Source of the DNA: Flavobacteriales bacterium
GTDB taxonomy: Bacteria; Bacteroidota; Bacteroidia; Flavobacteriales; Flavobacteriaceae
Assembly: GCA_018335925.1 (NCBI GenBank)
Contig: JAGXRF010000060.1
Coordinates: forward strand, 16,712-80,711
Direction: 5' to 3'
Length of the DNA stretch: 64,000 bases
Positions 21,771 through 32,156 of this stretch are shown here, piece after piece. The position numbers and the translations under genes were made by a program. The notes below the pieces were generated by a model. The model did not search any database. It worked only from the letters and a program-made list of their open reading frames with translations, and was not told the origin of the DNA. Numbering within the stretch: the stretch's first letter is position 1; each line of letters begins with the position of its first letter.

Positions 21771-22956
21771 TTCCGTGGCCAATAGTGGTTCAACGGGCAG
21801 AATAGCCGAAGAAATTGGAAATGTACTATTAGCCAATGGCCACGAAAGCTACATTGCTTATGGTCGTGGAAAAGCTAAAAGTAATTCTAAATTGATTAAG
21901 ATTGGTTGGGACAAAGATGTATACTTGCATGGTGCCTATACCTTGTTGACGGATAAACATGGGTTTGCTTCAAAAAAAGCTACTAAAAACTTTATTAAGG
22001 AAGTTGAAAAGATCAAGCCAGATTTAATAGCCCTGCATAATCTGCATGGGTATTATTTGCATTTACCAACTCTCTTTGCATATATCAATAAGCATAAAAT
22101 TCCCGTAGTTTGGACCCTTTTTGATTGCTGGGCTTTTACCGGGCATTGTACTTATTTTGATGACATTAATTGTAAAAAATGGGAGATCCATTGCGAAAAA
22201 TGTCCCAAGCATAAACGTTATCCCTCTTCTTGGGTGGACAAATCATTTAATAATTTTGAAGCTAAGCAGCAGTTATTTACATCGGTCAAAAAAATGGAAT
22301 TAATCACTCATTCTCAATGGTTGGGTGATTTAGTGAAAAAATCTTTTTTAAACAATTATAAGGTCCATGTTACCCCTTCAGCAATCAATCTGGACTTATT
22401 TAGGCCAATAAAATCAGATTTACGATCTCGCCATGCAATCGGTGATAAGAAAGTAGTTTTAGGCTGTGCCAGCACTTGGTCCAATAGAAAAGGCTATCGG
22501 GATTTTTTGGAACTATCTAAAAACCTCAGTAATGACTATCAAATTGTCATGATTGGATTAAATAAAAAAGAGTTAAAAGCGCTTCCTGAGAATATTATCG
22601 GCTTGGAGCGAACAGAAAGTATTGAGGAATTGGTTCAGTGGTATTCCTTAGCCCATGTTTTTGTCAATCCAACCTCTCAGGATAATTTCCCTACCACAAA
22701 CTTGGAAGCACTTGCTTGTGGGACTCCAGTTATTACCTATAATACAGGGGGTAGCCCCGAGGCTGTAGATGAACATACAGGGTTCGTAGTAGAAAAGGGA
22801 AGTTGCCCCGGTATTTTAGGTGCCATTGGTGAAATGGAAACAAAAGATTATACTTTGTTATCGAAAGCTTGTAGGGAGAGGGCAAAACACTTATTTGATA
22901 AAAAGACAAGATTTCTAGATTATTTAAACATTTTTCAGGAAATGATAGCGAATTAG
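21751..22956 (+). CDS. Glycosyltransferase family 4 (WcaC-like)
   Basis: GSTGRI, LHNLHGYY, DCWAFTGHC, DNFPTTNLEALACGTPV. Confidence 0.9.
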   Translation: MRVLQINSVANSGSTGRIAEEIGNVLLANGHESYIAYGRGKAKSNSKLIKIGWDKDVYLHGAYTLLTDKHGFASKKATKNFIKEVEKIKPDLIALHNLHGYYLHLPTLFAYINKHKIPVVWTLFDCWAFTGHCTYFDDINCKKWEIHCEKCPKHKRYPSSWVDKSFNNFEAKQQLFTSVKKMELITHSQWLGDLVKKSFLNNYKVHVTPSAINLDLFRPIKSDLRSRHAIGDKKVVLGCASTWSNRKGYRDFLELSKNLSNDYQIVMIGLNKKELKALPENIIGLERTESIEELVQWYSLAHVFVNPTSQDNFPTTNLEALACGTPVITYNTGGSPEAVDEHTGFVVEKGSCPGILGAIGEMETKDYTLLSKACRERAKHLFDKKTRFLDYLNIFQEMIAN

Positions 22957-22957
22957 C

Positions 22958-24083
22958 ATGTCGAGAATTAAATACAGTTTAATAATTAACATTTCCAATA
23001 TCCCAGGCTGGAGAAGGAATTTTAAAATTTTGGTTATTGAATCAGATGATTAGGGTTCTGTTCGTATTCGAGATAATCAAGCCTACAAAGCATTAAAGCA
23101 AAAAGGATTGAGTGTTGATATATTTGTTATGACTCGGTAGAATCAATTGAAAGTAACGAAGACTTGGAGCTGTTGTTTGATTTGCTAACTTCCTTTCAAG
23201 ATAAAAATGGGAAACTTCCTATTTTTACTTCTATGTGTCTCATGGGAAATCCAGATTTTGAGAAAATCAAGGCAGCAGATTATCAGCAATATTTTTTTCA
23301 ACTGCTTCATGAAACCCTAAAGGAATTTCCAAAAAGTAATCGTGTTCTAGAATTATGGAAGAAGGGTTTTGAGCAAAATATTTTTGTTTTTGAAATACAT
23401 GGAAGGGAACATGTTAATGTGAAACAATATGTTAAGATTCTGCAATCTCATGTAGGCAAGGAGGGATTGCGCTATGCCTTAGATCACCATTCAGTAGGCC
23501 CAATTGCTTTTAACAGGATCAATTATCCAAATTATCTCGGTGCTTTGCATCCCGAAACCAAAGCTGAAGTTCCTGAATTACATCAATATATCTTAGACGC
23601 AGGGAATCTTTTTCATTACTCTCTGGGCTATCATCCCTGGGTATTTATTGTGCCTAATGCAGAGGAACCCAAAGAATTGGAATTCTCTTTAAACCTAATT
23701 GGCATAAAATACTTAACGCGATCCAAAAAAAAGTATATCCGTTGGGTGATGGCGCTTTTGATAAGGAGTCGAATTTTACAGGTAAAAAGAATGAACTCAA
23801 TCAAATCATTCTCAATAGAAATGCATTTTTTGAGCCCGTTACTTAGGGTGAACATAATCATATTAGCGATTGGGTGGATAGCTTTTTGAAGGAAATAGAA
23901 ATTGCCTTTTGGTGGAAGAAACCTGCGGTTATATCTTCTCATCAGGTAAATAATGTGGGAAGTATAAGGACTGAAAATACAGATAAAGGACTCAAATAAC
24001 TCAAACGATTACTTTCTCAAGTATTGAAAAAATGGCCTGATGTGGAGTTAATGAGTTGGGAGAAACTATCCGAAATGATAAAT
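22958..24083 (+). pseudogene. Decayed ESDDWG-family deacetylase-like paralog
   Basis: ATG 22958; IESDD*GS (TAG 23051); frameshifts near 23120 and at A8 run 23725-23732; stops at 23844 and 23997; tail KPAVISSH...KKWPDVE matches the paralogs. Confidence 0.88.
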
Positions 24084-25070
24084 ATGAATAGCATGCATCA
24101 AAAAATATACGTAGCAGGACATCGGGGCATGGTGGGGTCAGCTATTTGGAGGAGTTTGAGATCCAAAGGTTATAACAATCTAATTGGCAAAAGCAGTGAA
24201 GAGCTGGATTTAAGAAATCAGAGTGCTGTCGATGAATTTTTCAAAACCGAAAAACCTGATGTAGTTATTGACGCAGCGGCAAGAGTAGGAGGTATTTTGG
24301 CAAACAGTACCTATCCCTATCAATTTTTGATGGAAAACCTGCAGATCCAAAATAATCTGATTGATGCTGCTTTACATAATGATGTTAAGAAATTTATTTT
24401 CTTGGGTTCCTCCTGTATCTATCCCAAAATGGCTCCGCAACCACTCAAAGAAGAGTATTTGTTGACAGCATCCTTAGAACCCACTAATGAATGGTATGCT
24501 ATCGCCAAAATAGCTGGCGTAAAAGCTTGTGAGGCTGCCCGTAAGCAGTATGGGAAAGATTTTGTAAGTCTAATGCCTACGAATCTCTATGGGCCTTTTG
24601 ATAATTTCGATCTACAAACCTCTCATGTGCTTCCGTCAATGATTCGCAAATTCCATGAAGCGCATGAAATTAGTAAAAGGACTGGGGTTAGCGAGCCTGT
24701 AGAACTGTGGGGGTCCGGAACACCTATGCGAGAATTTCTGCATGTGGATGACTTAGCAGAGGCCGTTGTTTTTGCTTTGGAAAATAGATTGCCAGAACAT
24801 TTATATAACGTGGGTTTTGGTTCAGATCTTTCTATAAATGACGTAGCTTTATTAATTCAAAAAATCGTTGGTCACACAGGCGAAATCCATTGGGACACTT
24901 CAAAACCTGATGGTACACCACGAAAGTGGATGGATAGTTCAAATTTAATGGGTTTGGGCTGGAAGCCATCTATCAATCTTCAGATTGGAATATTATCCAC
25001 ATATAATTGGTTTTTAGAGCATCAAAACGAAGTGAAGGAGGTTAGGATTGAGTATCAAGGAAATGGTTAA
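24084..25070 (+). CDS. fcl: GDP-L-fucose synthase
   Basis: AGHRGMVGSA, AARVGGI.AN, LGSSCIYPK, YAIAK, MPTNLYGP; start likely ATG 24084 or 24093. Confidence 0.95.
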   Translation: MNSMHQKIYVAGHRGMVGSAIWRSLRSKGYNNLIGKSSEELDLRNQSAVDEFFKTEKPDVVIDAAARVGGILANSTYPYQFLMENLQIQNNLIDAALHNDVKKFIFLGSSCIYPKMAPQPLKEEYLLTASLEPTNEWYAIAKIAGVKACEAARKQYGKDFVSLMPTNLYGPFDNFDLQTSHVLPSMIRKFHEAHEISKRTGVSEPVELWGSGTPMREFLHVDDLAEAVVFALENRLPEHLYNVGFGSDLSINDVALLIQKIVGHTGEIHWDTSKPDGTPRKWMDSSNLMGLGWKPSINLQIGILSTYNWFLEHQNEVKEVRIEYQGNG

Positions 25071-25321
25071 CTATTCAATTGTTCAGGGTCTGTTCATTTA
25101 AAGCTTTTATGCTTTCAACGAAGAGAGTATTAGCTAGAGATTAGGTTTCATTCTTTTTTCTATTTTAACTTTTTTTGGTTACATCCTTGCTTTTTGGCTT
25201 TATTGGTTTTTTTAATATAATAATCCTGTTAAAGCTATTTTTGGCCAATATTTTATTTTTTATCTCTTTACCTCCTTGAGGTATCTTAATAAGATTTAAA
25301 AATTATCTAAATACAACTTTA

Positions 25322-26320
25322 ATGATCACCAAAAAAATCCATGTCCTCCTATCAGGTGGTTCGGGAAGTCGATTATGGCCACTATCCAGAAAGTCGCAAA
25401 CCAAACAGTATATTCCGATTTTTGAGGGGATGAGTTTGGTTGAAAAGGCTATCCGTCTCAATGCGGAATTGTGTCAGGAGGGTTTGATTGTGCTTAATCA
25501 ATCTTCTTTAAAAATTACAAAAGATGTATTGTCCAAAGGGAATTTTACAAATTACAATTGCATTGTAGAATCCAAACCTAGAAATACGGCTGCAGCCATT
25601 GCTTTTGCTGCATTCAATGCAGATTCTGAGGACTTACTTTTGGTGTCGCCTTCCGATCATGTCATTGAAGATAGGGAAGCCTATTTAAATGCAGTGGAGG
25701 AGGCCTTTCATTGGGCATCAAAAGACTATTTAGTTACTTTCGGAATTCAGCCCCATAGGCCTGAAACAGGTTACGGTTACATTCAAAGTGCAGGATCAGA
25801 TGTCATTGCTTTTCATGAAAAGCCTTCACTGGATAAAGCCAAACAATTTTTAAGCGAGGGCAATTATTACTGGAATAGTGGAATCTTTGCCTTTAAGGCA
25901 GGGGTTTTTTTGAATGAACTAAAACAATACCGTCCAGATATATTTTTGGGATGTGAAGAAGTGATTAAAAATTCACCTAAAGAAGAGTTAAACGAAAATC
26001 TTTCAGAGGCTATTCCTTCAGAAAGCATTGATTATGCGGTCATGGAAAGGTCCAATAGGATAAAAGTTGTCAGGAGTCATTTCAAATGGTCAGATTTAGG
26101 CTCCTTTGAATCCTTGTATGAATACTTCAAGGAAAAATCAACCTTTATTTCCGGTTCAAATCTTGTCATTGCGGACGATCATGTTGAGCTCCATGGTTTG
26201 GAAAATGTGATGGTCATTCAGCATCAAGGTGCAATGATGGTCATGCCCTTATCTATGTCCCAGGAGGTGAAAAAGATTTACGACCGCCTAGTTAAAGATG
26301 GAAGCGTATTGGTGGAATAG
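25322..26320 (+). CDS. manC: Mannose-1-phosphate guanylyltransferase
   Basis: SGGSGSRLWPLSR, RNTAAAI, PSDH, PETGYGYI, WNSGIF, SIDYAVME, WSDLGS. Confidence 0.92.
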   Translation: MITKKIHVLLSGGSGSRLWPLSRKSQTKQYIPIFEGMSLVEKAIRLNAELCQEGLIVLNQSSLKITKDVLSKGNFTNYNCIVESKPRNTAAAIAFAAFNADSEDLLLVSPSDHVIEDREAYLNAVEEAFHWASKDYLVTFGIQPHRPETGYGYIQSAGSDVIAFHEKPSLDKAKQFLSEGNYYWNSGIFAFKAGVFLNELKQYRPDIFLGCEEVIKNSPKEELNENLSEAIPSESIDYAVMERSNRIKVVRSHFKWSDLGSFESLYEYFKEKSTFISGSNLVIADDHVELHGLENVMVIQHQGAMMVMPLSMSQEVKKIYDRLVKDGSVLVE

Positions 26321-26450
26321 TGAGGTTTTTTTGTCCATTACTCAATTATACATTCAAGAGACTTAACCCATAAACTTTAATCATTAACGCCATATCGAAT
26401 TAAACCTTCATAACATAGCAATTAACCCTTAATTAAAAAAACTAAAAAAA

Positions 26451-26792
26451 ATGGAACACGACATCCGTCCTTGGGGAGAGTACTTTGTACTCGAAGATGC
26501 CCCAACCCATAAAGTGAAGAGAATACTTGTAAAGCCAGGAGGAAGGCTTTCCTACCAGTATCATCACTACAGAGCAGAAGTTTGGACAATTGTACAGGGA
26601 GAGGCCATTATTACCTTGGATGGTGTTGATCAGGTATATAAGGCTGGTCAAGTAGCTCAAATTCCATTAGGTGCAAAACACCGAATTCATAATCAAACAG
26701 AGGAGGATGTGATCTTTATCGAAGTACAGCTTGGGACATACTTTGGGGAAGATGATATTGTGAGAATTGAAGACGATTATTTTAGAGGTTAA
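26451..26792 (+). CDS. Stand-alone type II phosphomannose isomerase C-terminal cupin
   Basis: RPWG, LSYQYHHYRAEVW, KHRI.N, IEVQLGTYFGEDDIVR. Confidence 0.9.
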   Translation: MEHDIRPWGEYFVLEDAPTHKVKRILVKPGGRLSYQYHHYRAEVWTIVQGEAIITLDGVDQVYKAGQVAQIPLGAKHRIHNQTEEDVIFIEVQLGTYFGEDDIVRIEDDYFRG

Positions 26793-26947
26793 TAGGATAA
26801 AGAATATTAGTTAATTATTTTTTATTGAACCTTAAATTTTTAATCAAATGATAAGACCTTTAAGTGAAAATCTTTACTCCATAAAAGGGTAGCGACTTAA
26901 TGCTTAGTAAATAAGCAAATTACGATAAACATTAAATAAATTAATTT

Positions 26948-28150
26948 ATGCAAAAAGTAGCAATTATCACGGGAATCACTGGTCAAGATGGTTCTTATTT
27001 AGCTGAATTACTTTTAGAAAAAGGATACATGGTTCATGGTATCAAACGAAGATCCTCTTCATTTAATACGCATCGCTTAGATCATTTATACGTAGATCAG
27101 CATGAAAATCATGTGAATTTTAAATTGCACTATGGTGACTTGACCGATTCTACTAATTTGATTCGAATCATTCAAGAAACACAACCGGATGAAATATATA
27201 ATTTGGGAGCCATGTCTCATGTGAAGGTGTCATTTGACTCTCCTGAATACGTTGCTAATGTGGATGGAATAGGAACCCTCCGAATTTTGGAAGCAGTTAG
27301 AATATTAGGTCTAGAGAAAAAGACCAGAATCTATCAGGCCTCGACCTCAGAATTGTACGGAGGAATGGAAGAAAATAAAAACGACAAGGGAATGTACGAT
27401 GAGCTTTCGCCATTCTATCCTCGTTCTCCGTATGGCGTAGCTAAAATCTATGGGTTTTGGATTACCAAAAACTACAGAGAGGCCTATGGAATGTTTGCTT
27501 GCAACGGGATCTTATTTAATCATGAGTCGCCCCGACGTGGTGAAACTTTTGTAACCCGTAAGATCACAAGAGCGGCTGCAAAAATTGCCCTAGGAATTCA
27601 AAGGACGTTATATTTGGGGAATTTGGATTCTTTAAGGGATTGGGGCCATGCTAAAGATTATGTTGAAGCCATGTATTTGATCCTTCAGCAAAAACAACCA
27701 GAGGATTTTGTAATTGCTACGGGAGTGACCACCAAAGTGAGAGATTTTGTTCAAATGGCATTTGCAGAAGTAGGGATGCATTTGCGCTGGGAGGGTAAGG
27801 GCGTAGAAGAAGTTGGGATTCTGGAAAAGGTTGATGAAGAAAAGTTTGAACTAGCTCTTGGAAATAAGTTGGGGTTAAGAGATTCTAATTTTCTTGAATC
27901 AGAGGTGGGGTTGCCAGGCTATTTGCCTTTAAACTCAGTGATCGTTCGTGTGGATCCTACCTACTTCCGTCCTACAGAGGTGGACCTTTTGATTGGTGAT
28001 CCTACAAAAGCGAAAGATAAATTGGGTTGGAAACCCAGGTATGAACTTGAACTACTAGTGAAAGAAATGATGGCTTCAGATGTCGCTTTATTTAAGAGGG
28101 ATATACTTCTTGAGAGTAAAGGATATGAAGTTTTAAGTCAATTAGAGTAA
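26948..28150 (+). CDS. gmd: GDP-mannose 4,6-dehydratase
   Basis: [52 protein letters not shown]. Confidence 0.96.
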   Translation: MQKVAIITGITGQDGSYLAELLLEKGYMVHGIKRRSSSFNTHRLDHLYVDQHENHVNFKLHYGDLTDSTNLIRIIQETQPDEIYNLGAMSHVKVSFDSPEYVANVDGIGTLRILEAVRILGLEKKTRIYQASTSELYGGMEENKNDKGMYDELSPFYPRSPYGVAKIYGFWITKNYREAYGMFACNGILFNHESPRRGETFVTRKITRAAAKIALGIQRTLYLGNLDSLRDWGHAKDYVEAMYLILQQKQPEDFVIATGVTTKVRDFVQMAFAEVGMHLRWEGKGVEEVGILEKVDEEKFELALGNKLGLRDSNFLESEVGLPGYLPLNSVIVRVDPTYFRPTEVDLLIGDPTKAKDKLGWKPRYELELLVKEMMASDVALFKRDILLESKGYEVLSQLE

Positions 28151-28164
28151 AAAAATCATGAGTC

Positions 28165-29292
28165 ATGCTTCTTACTAAGCTTAATCCTCACTTAAAAAAT
28201 ATAATTGGGAAATCTGTCTCCAAAAAATATCTGATCATTGAGTCTGATGATTGGGGTTCGATTAGAATGCCATCGAAAGAAGCATTCTTGAAATTAAGAT
28301 CTGCAAAAGTTGATTTAGGATCTCGAGAGTCAGTTCGATATAATTACACGGATACTTTGGCAGGTGAGGAAGATTTGGATGCCTTGTTTTCCTTGCTTCG
28401 AAAATTCAAGGATAAAAAGGGGAATCACCCAGTCTTTACTGCTGTATCTGTGGTGGCAAATCCGGATTTCGAAAAAATCAAATCCAACCACTTTGAAAAG
28501 TATTTCTATGAGCCCTTTACTGAAACCCTTAAAAAATACAAAAAAGAATCTGCATTGCAACTCTGGCAGCAGGGGAAGGAGGAAAACTTATTTGTTCCGG
28601 AGTTTCATGGAAGGGAGCATCTGAATGTAGCGGTTTGGATGCGTATGCTACAAAAGGGAGATAAAAAAACGCATGTAGGATTTAAGGAAGGATGTTGGGG
28701 TTTTGGAGCTGATACTCCTTTTCAGATCAGTTATCAGGCTGCTTTTGATCTGGAGTTTAGAGAGGATTTAAGCCTACAGGAAGAAGCAATTCAGTCGGGG
28801 TTGGAATTGTTTGAAAAGCTGCATGGCTACAAAGCCTCCTTTTTTGTCCCCCCCAATGGGCCGTTTAATAATTCCCTGGAAAAGGTAGCCGCTGAAAAGG
28901 GAATTCGGTTTATGGGAGCATCAAAAGTTCAGCTCGAGCCTCAAGGAGATGGGAAAGTCAAAAAGCGAGTTCATTGGCTTGGACAGAAAAATAATCATGG
29001 GCAGATGTATTTGACGAGAAATGCATTTTTTGAACCTAATAATCAGGGTATTGATTGGGTATCTAACTGCTTGAAAGATATTCATTTTGCTTTCTTATGG
29101 AATAAACCCGCGATCATCAGCAGTCATAGAACCAACTATATCGGAGGTCTTAATGAGGCTAATAGGAAATTGGGTTTGGAGCAATTAAAAGAATTGTTGA
29201 AAGGCGTGATGAAAAGGTGGCCAGATATAGAATTTATCACTTCCACCCAATTGGGAACTATTTTGTCTTCTGGGAAGAAATCGGAAAAATAG
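28165..29292 (+). CDS. Polysaccharide deacetylase-like protein (ESDDWG family)
   Basis: IESDDWGSIRMP, ANPDF, FHGREH, PPNG, SSHRTN; paralog of 18518-19618. Confidence 0.6.
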   Translation: MLLTKLNPHLKNIIGKSVSKKYLIIESDDWGSIRMPSKEAFLKLRSAKVDLGSRESVRYNYTDTLAGEEDLDALFSLLRKFKDKKGNHPVFTAVSVVANPDFEKIKSNHFEKYFYEPFTETLKKYKKESALQLWQQGKEENLFVPEFHGREHLNVAVWMRMLQKGDKKTHVGFKEGCWGFGADTPFQISYQAAFDLEFREDLSLQEEAIQSGLELFEKLHGYKASFFVPPNGPFNNSLEKVAAEKGIRFMGASKVQLEPQGDGKVKKRVHWLGQKNNHGQMYLTRNAFFEPNNQGIDWVSNCLKDIHFAFLWNKPAIISSHRTNYIGGLNEANRKLGLEQLKELLKGVMKRWPDIEFITSTQLGTILSSGKKSEK

Positions 29293-29302
29293 TATTCTAA
29301 TA

Positions 29303-30424
29303 GTGGCAAACCAAGTTGTTTTTATTAATCAATCCTCCGGATATCTGATGATTGATATAATTCATGCTTTTGAGGCGGAATATTCAGAGAGAGTGTTAAT
29401 TACTGGTTTTCTTAATCCCAGAAATAAACCACTAGATTCAAGGGTAAAAGTTGAATTAATAACTGCGTATGATAGGAGTTCAGGTTTAAAAAGGTTTTTA
29501 ACCTGGTTTTTGGGTGCGCTGAAGGCTTTCTGGCTAATCAAGACAAAATATAGAAATGCAGATTTGTTTCTGGTAAGTAATCCTCCTTTTGTTGCATTGA
29601 TTCCGCTTTTATGTACTAATCAATTTAAAATATTGATTTATGATATTTATCCCGATGCATTTGTCGAATTTGGATTTTTGAAAGAGAGTTCGTTTTTGGT
29701 AAAGGCTTGGAAATGTGCAAATAGAAAAGTGTTTTCCAAAGCTGCAAAAGTATTTACCCTAACAGAAGGGATGAAGACAAAGCTTTCCGCTTATGTTTCT
29801 GCTGATCGTATTACTATTGTTCCTATTTGGTCCAACAATAATTTTTTTAAACCTGTCTTGAAAGAGGAAAATATTTTTTTAAAGGAAATTAATTGTGAGG
29901 AAAAATTTCTGGTGTTGTATTCCGGAAACCTAGGCAAATCACATCCGGTAGAATTATTGGTAGAATGGGCAAAGCTATGTAAGGAGCCCGAAATTCATTT
30001 TTTGATTATAGGAGGAGGAGATAAGTTTGAATTGATTCAATCATTAATTGAAAGATCCGGGTTAAAGAATATACAACTTCTTCCATGGCAGCCTACCGAG
30101 AGGTTACCATTTACGTTGGCATCGGCGGATTTGGCGGTTGTGACACTAGGAGACGAAGCAGCAGATCTTAGTATTCCGAGCAAGACCTTTGATTTGATGT
30201 CCATTGGCGTGCCGATTCTGGGAATATCACCTAAAAATTCAGCTTTGTCTCACTTAATATGCTCTGAAAAAATTGGTAAAAATTTCCAGTCTTCAAAATC
30301 AGAAGAAATTTTAAGTTTTATCTATTCTATTTTTAAAGATGAAGCTATGAAAAAGCATTTCAGTCAAAATTCTTTAACTACTTCTAAAAAATATGGGGCA
30401 GAAAATGCACAATTGTTTTTATAA
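29303..30424 (+). CDS. Glycosyltransferase family 4 (WbuB/WcaI-like)
   Basis: SNPP, YDIYPD, YSGNLG, IPSK. Confidence 0.85.
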   Translation: MANQVVFINQSSGYLMIDIIHAFEAEYSERVLITGFLNPRNKPLDSRVKVELITAYDRSSGLKRFLTWFLGALKAFWLIKTKYRNADLFLVSNPPFVALIPLLCTNQFKILIYDIYPDAFVEFGFLKESSFLVKAWKCANRKVFSKAAKVFTLTEGMKTKLSAYVSADRITIVPIWSNNNFFKPVLKEENIFLKEINCEEKFLVLYSGNLGKSHPVELLVEWAKLCKEPEIHFLIIGGGDKFELIQSLIERSGLKNIQLLPWQPTERLPFTLASADLAVVTLGDEAADLSIPSKTFDLMSIGVPILGISPKNSALSHLICSEKIGKNFQSSKSEEILSFIYSIFKDEAMKKHFSQNSLTTSKKYGAENAQLFL

Positions 30425-30524
30425 TAAAATGAATTAATGATGTAGAGTTATTATATTATTCTCAATGATGAGGAATATAATTACATTATAAATAGTGTAA
30501 AAAGTTTTACTAAAACCAATTAAT

Positions 30525-30752
30525 ATGGAAACTGAATTTCTAAACCTAATAAAAGAAGCATTCGAAATAGAAGATCGAATGTTGGATATGGCTGATCGTT
30601 TTAAGGAATTTGACGAATGGGATTCGCTTACTCAGTTGACATTGATCGCAGAGTTGGATGAAAAATTTGGGGTGGTGATCAAAATGGATGATTTCAAAAA
30701 TATCACTACGCTACTGGATTTATACAACGAGATTCTTTCAAGAAAAGCATAA
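30525..30752 (+). CDS. Acyl carrier protein
   Basis: 75 aa acidic protein with WDSL phosphopantetheine site. Confidence 0.9.
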   Translation: METEFLNLIKEAFEIEDRMLDMADRFKEFDEWDSLTQLTLIAELDEKFGVVIKMDDFKNITTLLDLYNEILSRKA

Positions 30753-31810
30753 TGGCCTTTTTGAGTTTTAATGGAGTTGGGATAAGGGGATTGGCTGCGG
30801 CGGTTCCGGCTCATAAAATCAAGAATCGATCCTACACCGAATATTTCTCTGCGGAAGAGGTTTCGGAAATCGTGGATAAGACCGGGATTGAAGAACGGAG
30901 ATTCGCTGAGGCAGGTGTCTGTTCTTCGGATCTTTGTCAGGCTGCTGCCGAAAAATTGATCTCTGATTTGGAAATAGACAAGTCTGAGATTGATTTGTTG
31001 GTATTCGTTTCCCAGACTCCGGATTACCGAATGCCCGCTACCTCGGTGCTACTGCAAGACCGATTGGGATTGTCTAAGCAGACCATGGCCTTTGACCTCA
31101 GCCTAGGATGCTCAGCATTTGTTTATTCTCTTTCTGTAGTGTTTTCTTTGGTTCAGCAAGGAACAATCAGAAAGGCATTGCTATTGGATGGAGAGACTAG
31201 ATCCAGGGCTTATTATCCTAAGGACAGAAGGGTTGCTTTTCTTTTTGGAGACGGTGGAGTGGCCGCACTTATTGAAAAGAATGAAAAGTATGGACAATCC
31301 TTCTTTAGCCTGAATTCGGATGGGAGTAGGGGAGATTTGATCAAGATTAAATCCGGTGGATATCGATTTCCGAGTTCGATTGAGTCAATACAGGAACGAG
31401 TGGTGGATGATCATGGGAATATCTCTACCGATGAGCATGGGGCGATGAACGGGGCGGATGTATTCAATTTTGTAATTGAGGAAATCCCGAATGACATAAA
31501 TAGTATCCTAGACAAAGCAGGAATTACCAAAGAGGAGCCAGACTTTTTTGTATTTCATCAGGCCAATGCATTTATGAATGGATACTTAGCCAAAAAAATG
31601 AAGTTGCCGGTAGAAAAGGTTCCTTCCTGCATCCGAGAGTTTGGAAATACCTCTTCAGTTTCCATTCCCTTGACCATGGTGAGTCAGCTGAAAGGAAAAA
31701 TGGAAGGTTCTAAGAAAGTGCTGCTTTGTGGATTTGGGGTAGGGATGTCTTGGGCCTCTGCGGTGATGGACTTTAAGGATTGCTGGATCAGCGAACTGGT
31801 GGAGGTATAG
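30752..31810 (+). CDS. 3-oxoacyl-ACP synthase III (FabH-like)
   Basis: TGIEERR, LGCS (Cys), HQAN (His), GNTSSVSIP (Asn), GFGVG. Confidence 0.92.
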   Translation: MAFLSFNGVGIRGLAAAVPAHKIKNRSYTEYFSAEEVSEIVDKTGIEERRFAEAGVCSSDLCQAAAEKLISDLEIDKSEIDLLVFVSQTPDYRMPATSVLLQDRLGLSKQTMAFDLSLGCSAFVYSLSVVFSLVQQGTIRKALLLDGETRSRAYYPKDRRVAFLFGDGGVAALIEKNEKYGQSFFSLNSDGSRGDLIKIKSGGYRFPSSIESIQERVVDDHGNISTDEHGAMNGADVFNFVIEEIPNDINSILDKAGITKEEPDFFVFHQANAFMNGYLAKKMKLPVEKVPSCIREFGNTSSVSIPLTMVSQLKGKMEGSKKVLLCGFGVGMSWASAVMDFKDCWISELVEV

Positions 31811-32066
31811 AACGCTAATAACACTGATGGGGCGGATAGTCACTGATAAAATTCAATGCTAAATCCGTTGAATCCGAATCATGTTCCATAAGAAATAGAA
31901 CCCTGATGACTCACCTGCCTGCCGGACAGGTAGGGATTAGGCAGATGGTCGCAGATAAGAATCCGTGTAAATCCGTTGAATCTGCGTCATCCGTGTTCCA
32001 TAGGGTAGACCGCTGGTGACACACCTGCCTGCCGGACAGGCAGAGATAAGGCAGATGATCAGAGAT
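31807..32066. repeat. Two full plus one half imperfect palindromes (31807-31889, 31895-32001, 32005-32066), two carrying a nested CCTGCCTG hairpin
   Basis: Left arms ATAGAAC.CTGATGAC.C.GAT...GAT, right arms ATCCGTG...ATC.G.GTCATC.GTGTTCCAT; about 9-10 nt GAT/ATC periodicity. Confidence 0.88.
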
Positions 32067-32156
32067 AAAGTACATTAAATTTTCAAATTCCATTACTTTT
32101 CAAGTGACAAAAAATTAGTTTCTTGGGTAAATTATTTACAGCCTAACTGACTTTTT

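Noticed and set aside
23164-23889. 241-aa ORF as an independent gene
   Set aside because: Middle fragment of the decayed deacetylase; its tail is out-of-frame sequence
25236-25243. TAnnTTTG Bacteroidota -7 promoter motif upstream of manC
   Set aside because: Motif present but no properly spaced -33 TTTG; expected by chance in AT-rich DNA
25322-26792. Split ManC as a lesion
   Set aside because: Both parts have clean starts and stops; separate transferase and cupin genes are common in Bacteroidota
31911-32093. 60-aa minus-strand ORF
   Set aside because: Translation of the palindromic repeats
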